From: Spizellomyces punctatus DAOM BR117
Taxonomy: Eukaryota
DNA: 44,364 bases
NCBI GenBank assembly: GCA_000182565.2
Contig: KQ257459.1
Strand: one strand, 5' to 3'
Shown: positions 36,250 through 44,364 of the stretch, in pieces
Numbering within the stretch: the stretch's first letter is position 1
Layout: the number at the start of each line of letters is the position of its first letter
Program-made: the position numbers and the translations under genes
Notes under the pieces: generated by a model
What the model saw: only the letters and a program-made list of their open reading frames with translations
What the model was told of the DNA's origin: nothing
Database searches by the model: none

Positions 36250-39200
36250 ATGGTGGCGGATCTTGCTCAACTCGACTTTCAGATCGCTGCGTGCTCCGGG
36301 TATGATGAGGAATGCCCGCCAGAACAGCTTCTGTTGAAACACCATGGGCCGTTGGTGAAGGGCTGGCAGAGCGAAAGGTAAAAAGATTGCAAGCATTACC
36401 CAGTAGGCAGTTCTGCAAGTCGTAGTTTCTTACCGTTGGGGACAATGTTTCTTGAACGACAGGTTTTGCAACTGGCCGCAAGCCCTTGTCCTGCGATTTT
36501 CAGCTGGAAATAGCCGAATACGAAAGATAGAAATACTCGTACATCATTTCAAGATACCTACACGACTAGAATTTTTTATGGGAAGAACGGTGACTGGGGA
36601 TGAATTGCCTGCAGGTATGCATTCTGGATGAAATGACGTGCGGCCTTGTTTTATTTATGCATTAGTTGTGATTACAGAGAGTAATCTTGCATTGGAGGGT
36701 GAAAGACGGCTGGATGATGGGAATCCTACAGTCGATTTCGTGCGGTTGGGGTAGGCGTTTTTTCATAGTTTCTTCGGTAATCTTGGGATTTTTGGGTTGA
36801 CGGGCATGTTTGCAGATACGTCTCTTTGAATGACGGTGTGCAGATCGGGTTCAAAGCACGAGAGCTCAAATCGGTTCATATTGATGCGGAGGGAGAGTAC
36901 TTAAAGATTTTGGTACACAAATGTTATGTCAACCCTTTGAATCTGTACAATCAGGTTCGTTGCGAGTGATATTTTCGTGGCGTGGGCCGTTCTTTGACGA
37001 TGCGGATTCAGGTCGGAATTATAGGTGTCAACGTCTTTGGTGAGCCGCAGAATGTAGATCACATGTTGAAAACACTTAGTTCCCATCAACAAGCTTTGCT
37101 TGGAGTAGGTGTTCGCTTCCAGCTTTTGCTACGTAACTCTACAACGAGATCTCTGGTTGACAAACGGTTATTTTTCTGTAGTTGGATCCATTGACTGATG
37201 CAGATTTGGTTGTCCCACGCGACAACGCCAATGCTGCCTTCTGGGGTCTGGTGAATGAAACCGCAACGAACCGACGGATACCACCTGAAAAGGATCTGGC
37301 GTTCGAAATCTATCACGATGATGAAGTGATGAAGATTATATCAGGTGTCGCTAAGGCAAAAGATGCGGCGGTGAAAGAGGAGCGGTTTGCAGATGCGAAG
37401 ATGCTCAAGAGTTTATTGGATAAATGCAAAACCGCAGGGGAAGAAGTTGCGAAACTCCAGGTCACCAAATCACGGGCTGTGCAGGTGGAGGATTACGATA
37501 CCGCAGCGGAAATGAAGGCGGACATTGATGCTGTGAAGCGAGCATTGGCTCACGAACTCGATCGAGCCGGACTTGACGTGAAGACTGATGGATCAGTTGT
37601 CCGGAAGGAAGAAGAGAATAAGACCCAAGAACCGTCGCGAAACCAGACCCGACCTGCCGTTGCAGAGACGTCGTTACCTCCATCCCCACCATCCTCCAAA
37701 ACCGCATCACCCCCCAAACCCGACATATCAGCACCATCTCCCCGAAGAGTTCCGCCGGTACTTCAATTACCTATTGCTCCATCACCCCCAGTCATCACAC
37801 CTACCCCAGCACCGGCGAGACCTCCATCGCCCCTAGTACCCACAGTGGCACGGGAGTCACCACGCTCTAATGGATTACCGTCACCTTCTTCTCGACTGAA
37901 GGATTCATCTCAGCTTCCGCCGGAAAGATCGACATCCCTTTCTGACAAATCCCTTCTACGTCCCCGACCAGCACCATTGGAAATCTCCGTCGTCCCGAAT
38001 CCGCGGGATATAGATGTCGTGTCGCCACCGGCGTCGATCTCCGAACCACCGGCGAAACGGCCACCACTTCCCAGATCTCCGGCGGCACATGCTAATGATC
38101 GCGCGGATAAAGATCCTATACCTCCACCACGACCGACGTCTCCACCTGTCCCGGCGCTCCTGCGTGCTTCTCACAGAATTCCTTTTGAGGACGATCCGTC
38201 TCCGTCTGACCTCCAAGTTCAATCTAGCCTTCCGATAACCAAACCCCCGCCCAAGAAACGCTCTCCTGTCAAATCGAAACCGCCGGAAAGACCGCCATCA
38301 CCTCCCGTTCCAGCGCATAAATCACAACAACAACAACAAGCTCCGATATCTCCACGGTCGGACCCGGTTCTAGCGGAATCCATATTACCGCCTGGCTTCG
38401 ACCCGCCAGAACCGATACCGGATCATTTGGCCGCCGACTTTGCATTGCCCATTGATGCATTTGGGCCTCTTTTGATTCGGTGCCTGTTGGGACGGCAGTT
38501 TGGATTAAGGGAGTGGGCAATGGGGGAGATGATCGGAAAGGTGGAGGAGCGAGGGAAAGGAACGGGGAAGGGCGACCATACAATGGACATCAACAGCTTT
38601 GTGGATGCCGGTTATCAGATTGTGCAGAGCTCGTTAGATGATAGTAGAGAAAAGGCGATTACAGGGGCAGTTTCATTACTGGAGAAGGTACATGGTAAGT
38701 TTGTTCGGTGCAATTGATGCGTTGTCAGGTAAGCTGGAATCAACATCTGTCAATTATACGCAGTGCTATGTACAAACCAGCGAGTGCCGCCCGCTGTCAG
38801 TTTTCGTCACTTTGATACCATTGTTCCATTACTACTTGTAAAAGCGGGCGATATGAACCCGCGAGTGAAACAGGCAAGTCTAAATGTCTCAAGTCCTAGT
38901 GAACGACTATCTGATTTGTTTTTTTTTTTTTGGTAGGCATGTTCGGACATGATTGTCACACTCGCCAAATCGTACAATGAAGCGCCTTTTAGTATTTATC
39001 CCTACGCTCTAAGACCGCCCGAAAGCAAGAAGGGCGCCACTCCCCATTGGAAGGTCTTTAAAGGACGGTTGGATGTGTTGCATCGACTCATTGATGAACG
39101 TGGATTGGATGATAATGAAGGACGCGGAAAATCGCGGGGCGCGTCATTGCAGGTGGGAAAGCTGTTTATGTGTCGTATTCAATGTGCTCTATTCATTCGG

Positions 39201-40943
39201 TGATACATTTGCGAACAAAGAGTATAATGGACTTTACCGAACCTCAACTGCACCATACGAATGTTGAGGTTCGAGAAGCGGCGGTTCGGGTGGTAGTGGA
39301 TTTAATGAAGGCGTCTGGGGAAGACGCTATTGCACCTTATTTGAAGAAAGTAAAACCACAGCTGATGGACAGTATTCGGAGCAAGCTTGCGGAAGCAAAA
39401 GGAACGCCTGTTAAACGGGTGCAGAAGGCTCGACCAGGTATGGTGTCACTGATGTTGCCTTAACTTTTGGCATTCACTTGACGATGAGTATTGATACTCT
39501 ATTAGCGCGTCCATGGGAGCGAAGCCCATCAAAGCCTGCCGGGCCAGCAGCACCAGAGGAAGGTGCGGAGGAGGTCAAGAAATTGCAGAATGAGCTGAAA
39601 GCGCTTAGGCAAATGGCGGACTCTCCTCCTGTACAATCGAAAGTCAAGGGCGGTGACAAAAAGAGGGTCACGTCTACATCTTCGAATGGATCTACGGGAG
39701 GAAAGCTTGGGAATGGAGGACATGGGGAGAAGAAGGGAATTCGGTCAGACGATAAGATGCGAAAGTCAAGAGTAAGAAATTTGTCCAATTTGCTAATGAA
39801 GCATGGATTTCGATCTCAAGATTATTTTTTGTGCGTGCTAGTCGGTGGATGGTGTAGAGGGACTTGCGAATTCCCTGAAATCAGAACGGAGAGTAGGGAA
39901 AACGGCGTCTGTTCCACCACCTGCAAGAGATGCACCAAAAACGAAACCGGACGGAAAGTCCAAGGGTAAGTCCCGCTGATGTGGCTTAATCTTGCCGACG
40001 TAACATCTGATCATGATGGATCGATAGCTCGCGAACCGCCTGCACCAGCCCCATCCCACAAAAACGATGAGTTGTATTCCAACAACTGGAATATAGATCG
40101 GACATGTATCTTTTGCGAAGAGCAAGATGAAGGTTTCACAGAAGAGAATCTTGATATGCATTATTGGAGAGATTGTCCCGTTTTGACAAATTGTCCCTTG
40201 TGCAAGTTGGTATGTATGCTTGTTAAAAGGTTGATTTTTTGGGAGTTGCAATTAAGCCAACAATTGTGTAGATTGTGGAAATACCAATGTTGACGGACCA
40301 TTTGCTAAAGGACTGTGATAGAAAAAAGGACGTGCGACAATGTCCAAGGTGTAAGGAAGCATTCAAGGCTGTAGACTTTGCGGCTCATGTTGCCAAAAAA
40401 TCCTGCCGAGGTAAACTTTTAGCGCGCAATTTGAACTTTTGAATAAACTTCTCCCGATCTAACTCTGGCTTTGTTTTAGTGCTGAACCATAATCCCGATC
40501 TGGCAAGATGTCCCATGTGTCATCAGGACGTGCCCGGTGACGAGGAAGGCTGGCGACAGCATTTGGTGACGGGTACTGGATGTCCTGGCAGCGAACGAAA
40601 ACCAAAAGATCCGAGTCATTATCCTGCCTTTAGTACCATGCTCCCTGATCTAAATAGCGATGTACTATCGTCAGGCGGTTTGACCAGATCTCTACAAATC
40701 CCCTTGTCTGAACCAGAGACAAAATCCGGAGCGTCTCCCGTGTCACCAAGACCTACGGACACGACACCACCACCAAAGAAAGGTTTATTCAAAAGAGCAC
40801 CAAAAAAGGAACAACTCTCGGTATCCAAAAGCCTGTCTACCCCGGTCAGCAATCTGAAATCCCGCGGTGGGCTGGTGGGAAGTGTTAAATCGACAGTACG
40901 GAGGAGCTTACTACCGCGAGCGAGTGTTGGTAGGTTCACCTAA
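36250..40943 (+). CDS. CEP104: Centrosomal/ciliary-tip protein CEP104 (FAP256) homolog, multi-exon; the last exon may extend to ~41055
   Basis: N-terminal exons give CSGYDEECPPEQLL..GWQSERFCNWPQALVL..RIRKIEILVHHFKIP..LGYVSLNDG..FKARELKSVHIDAEGEYLKILVHKCYVNPLNLYNQVGIIGVNVFGEP; AKDAAVKEERF..AVQVEDYDTA coiled coil; TOG/HEAT segment (VEVREAAVRVV); C-terminal C2HC fingers CIFC..LDMHYWRDCPVLTNCPLC..CPRCKEA..RCPMCH. Confidence 0.92.
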
Positions 40944-42886
40944 TTCTTTTTCTTGTAAGGTTGCTCCTGTACTTGATCTGGCTTACTGATTCAAACCCTA
41001 TGACAAAGAGGATCGAAGTAAGGAGAAAGGGAAGGGCTTATCTATGGCCCGGTAAATACAGATGCATCTGGAACTCGATTACCCTGACGCTTGACGAAAA
41101 TATGTACATACCATGTTGTTAGCTCTTGCTTAATAGTCGTAGAGGGCTATTGTTGTTGTATGTTTTTTTTTGTTTCCTAGTGTATAGTTTTATTGTATAG
41201 TGCTCTGATAATGTGCTGCCATCCAAGGATAGATATCAACGTTGTGTGGACGTGATGTTAGTCTTGTGTTCTAGGCAAGGTTCACCGAACAGTACATTGC
41301 ATAGAGAGGATAATGGATTCCCAGAATGTTTGTCGATCAGCTTTCGAAGTATTCTCGCAACTAACTGTACCTCAGCGGACTGCCAATCCAATTCCATTTT
41401 TAGAGTTTCTGACTGCGATGTGGATAGGAATTTAGTCGAAAGATGAAAAAGCCTTTTAGCTTGGGAGGTATCCCGTACATTCTAGGATATTAGCATAGGT
41501 AAATAAACCAAAGTGCGAGAATTCGACCCACTTGTGATTGCTCTCAGTTCGCAAACAAGAGTAATATTCTAGGGCCATCTGTCCTTTAAGCACTGATTAC
41601 AACAGCGGTCAAAAAAGTGATCAAATGAAGCAAGTAACTCACCTTCCGCCTGACACTGTAATCTGGATGCCATATGGCAGTAAACCCGCGGAATACGTCC
41701 ATTTGTGCAAAAAGGGCCAAACTGGGCCCTTTCCGGAGGTAATTCAGAAACAACTTTCGAAAAATGTTCCTGAGACTTGTAATGCTGGCTGTTTTGCAAT
41801 ATTCGATATTCAGCTCTTTACGTAACGAACGGCTCCACGGAGCCCAGTGGGCTAAAAGGTCCACTTTGGGTCTCGAACGGGGGCTTGGGCTATGGCCAGA
41901 AAGATAAACTGTTGCATGGCTGATTAGCTAAAGCCGCGTGGTCCCGTTGATGAGGTGCAATCTCCGCCGTGATCAACAGCAAAAAGTTCATTTCAAAACG
42001 CTGACGAAACCTCTCTCCAGCTGATGGTTAAACAACGTTGACAATGCGCCTGTGTTCTGGGCTAGAACAACAAGGACTCGGAGCATGACCTTCTTTATAT
42101 GCAGAATGTTCCATATTCCTACAGAGGAAACTTGCAACGCACACATGAAGGAGCTCAGGTTCAGCAGAAATGAAACTGAGAAAGCGAGATATGATGAGCT
42201 GCAAACGAGAAACAAAAGCCAGGGTTTTCCTTTCTGAATGTGTTGGTTTCAAAATGTGACGTTTCAGGGTGTTTGAATTTACGCAAGTTGGTTAAACATG
42301 AAGAAATGGTTTGTTTGTTGGCACCCATTTTGAACGTGGCCGCTAAAAGTCAATAATCAACTTGAAACGCTTGTTTCATCATAAGGAATGAAAGGCACAG
42401 TCACGCTATACAATGAATGATGACTATGCCACATGCGCGTTAATAACTCAAATGCCATTCATCGAGTGGAGTTGCCAACATCTAATAAAGTGTTGAAACT
42501 CGTGTGATAAACTTGTTAGTTAGGGGACTCTCCCTCCGGCTTAATACCCCTAAAACTGTATTTTACCCCCCAATTTCCGCACTCGTTATTATTTTGCAAA
42601 TGCAAACGTGTGGAATTACCGGCCAATGTCCTCCCATTTTTTCCTTTTTCTAATTAGTTTTGTGTGCCAGATGTTGGTATAAAGGAAACCGCTACGTACC
42701 CGCCCTTTCCATTCCTGCCTTTTTTTGTTCCATACCTTCAACGAGCGACTGGCTTTTCGTTTAGATAGATTTCTTCGATAGTCTTGACGGTTAACATCGT
42801 AACCGGCAGCACATTTTACATCTGCTCCGTACTCAACCTCGCTTCCATAGTGGTTCCTGGTGAACTTCTATCCCTAGTCCCCGAAC

Positions 42887-44289
42887 ATGCGATTCATTAC
42901 CATAGCTGCCCTGGTGGGAGCAGTTGCTTCGGCAACAGCCAATGCAGAGAATAGGTATGTGTCTAAGCAGCCATGTCATCTGGAAGATACGAGGTTTGGA
43001 AAACTCATTCATCCCCGTTCATAGTCTGCAAAATGATTCGTGGAATCATCGCTTTTTGCCCCGCCAAAGTCTTAGCGGAAATCGTTGCCAAAAACGGGAA
43101 AGGATGGCGTTGGCAGGCCCGGGAATCGTTAAAAACGGTGCATGCAAAGGATGGAGAAAATACGTGTGTCAATGGCAAGTCGCCCCAATGTGTCGGTTGC
43201 AAGTTTACACTGACACCCTGCGGCCGGCGGGTCTCTTCCTGTGCGGGTTCTCCCTCTTCGTAACAAGCCGTGGTAACTAGCGCTGCTTGCACAACAGCGG
43301 CCTGACAAAGAACGCACAGATTGGCCGGCCGCACAAGCGCAATGCGGTGGATTCTGCACCTGCTCGCTCGGCCGGACCATAAGACCATTAGGACCACCAG
43401 GACCACAAACACAGAAAGACAACAAGCAAAGGAAATAACAAGAACGGCGGGAATAAGAAAGGCCGCCGCCGCCGCCAAGGCTAAAGAACGACGCTGCTGC
43501 GAAAGAAAGGCCGCTGCTGCCGCTGACGCGAAGAAGGCCGCTGACGCAAAGAACGCTAAAAACAACAAGAACAACAAGAACAATAAAAACAACGCAAAAG
43601 CTGCCGCTGACAAGGCCGCCGCTGACAAGGCTGCCGCTGACAAGGCTGCCGCTGACGCAAAGAACAACAAGAACAACAAAAACAACAAGAATAACAAGAA
43701 TAACAACAACAAAAATGCCAAAGGAATCGACCCGAACATAGCCGATTTCTGCAAGGGGACGAACCAAAAGCCTGGTGACGGTACCCAAATCCGAGGCGGT
43801 TTCTGTTCCTCGCTCCCGCAAGGCCAAATCCCTGCATCCAACAAAATGGTTTCATCTCTGATCATCTCACCTCAGCCGGATCAGAAGATTCAACTCGGCA
43901 AAGCCTTCACGGTCTCCGTCCAAACCAACAACTTGCAAACCGGTTTCTTCTCCGACCCGCAAGTGCAGTACTACGCCATCCCTCAGCAACTGAACGGTCA
44001 AGGCGTTATCCAAGGTCATCAGCACGTTACCATTCAACGTCTCGGCAAACAAGGTCAAAAATTCCGGCCACCGAACGCTGAAGTCTTCCAGTTCTTCAAG
44101 GGACTGAACGACCCAGCAAACGGACAAGGTGTCTTGTCCGTTGAAGTTCCCGGCGATGCCTTCCAAAAATCGGGAGCCGGTGTTTATAGAATTTGCACCA
44201 TGTCTGGGGCCTTTGGCCACCAACCTCTGGTGATGCCCGTTGCTCAACGTGGTGCCCAAGACGATTGTATCCGTGTGAATGTCCAGTAG
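42887..44289 (+). CDS. Secreted protein with Ala/Lys/Asn repeats and a conserved fungal C-terminal domain of unknown function; N-terminal third appears frame-disrupted
   Basis: Signal-peptide exon MRFITIAALVGAVASATANAEN (42887-42954), intron 42955-43024. C-terminal domain FC..GTQ..GFCS..GQIP..MVSS..GFF..YYAIPQQL..GHQHVTIQ..FFKGLN..YRICTM..HQPLVMPVAQRGAQDDC. I recall this family often being mislabelled as ribosomal protein S17 (unverified). No clean splice links the 5' and 3' frames. Confidence 0.75.
43461..43715 (+). repeat. Coding tandem repeats: (AADKA)n and (NNK)n
   Basis: GCC/GCT GCT GAC AAG 15-bp units at ~43600-43660 and AAC AAC AAG 9-bp units at ~43561-43593 and ~43663-43713. Confidence 0.9.
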
Positions 44290-44364
44290 TTTAGAGTTGT
44301 AGCCCAGTTTACACGTCAGGTTGGGTGTATATAGTCCACAAAAGATGTGCATTTGTAGTTAAAC

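Noticed and set aside
41988..42252. Short ORFs with scattered Cys/His resembling a zinc finger
   Set aside because: Spacing does not fit C2H2 and no gene structure could be built
43005..43865. Long minus-strand ORFs (286 aa and 232 aa) that look like membrane proteins
   Set aside because: Antisense shadows of the AAC/AAG/GCT coding repeats on the + strand
1..44364. CRISPR arrays, tRNA/rRNA genes and transposons
   Set aside because: No repeat-spacer array, cloverleaf, rRNA stretch, terminal repeats or transposase/RT motifs seen by eye; the only rRNA-related matches are the snoRNA guides

Overview
Eukaryotic, intron-rich fungal DNA with short GT-AG introns. A full CEP104 ciliary gene alongside a Zn2Cys6 factor points to a flagellated, early-diverging fungus, probably a chytrid. 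The first half is one 13-exon, ~7,050-aa non-ribosomal peptide synthetase (711-22659). It has ferrichrome-synthetase features and six complete A-T-C modules, preceded by two relic half-C domains. Modules 4-6 share one substrate-pocket signature while modules 1-3 all differ, and introns fall at the same position in every module. This suggests a co-linear X-Y-Z-(acyl-hydroxyornithine)3 siderophore synthetase resembling the hypothesised hexamodular ancestor of the family. The rest of the window holds an unknown CxxC/coiled-coil gene, squalene synthase, an opsin-like 7TM receptor with His at the retinal-Lys site, RPS12 with an intronic C/D snoRNA, a Zn2Cys6 transcription factor, CEP104 and a repeat-containing secreted protein with apparent frameshifts. 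All exon models were built by hand from splice signals and frame continuity; no database search was run.
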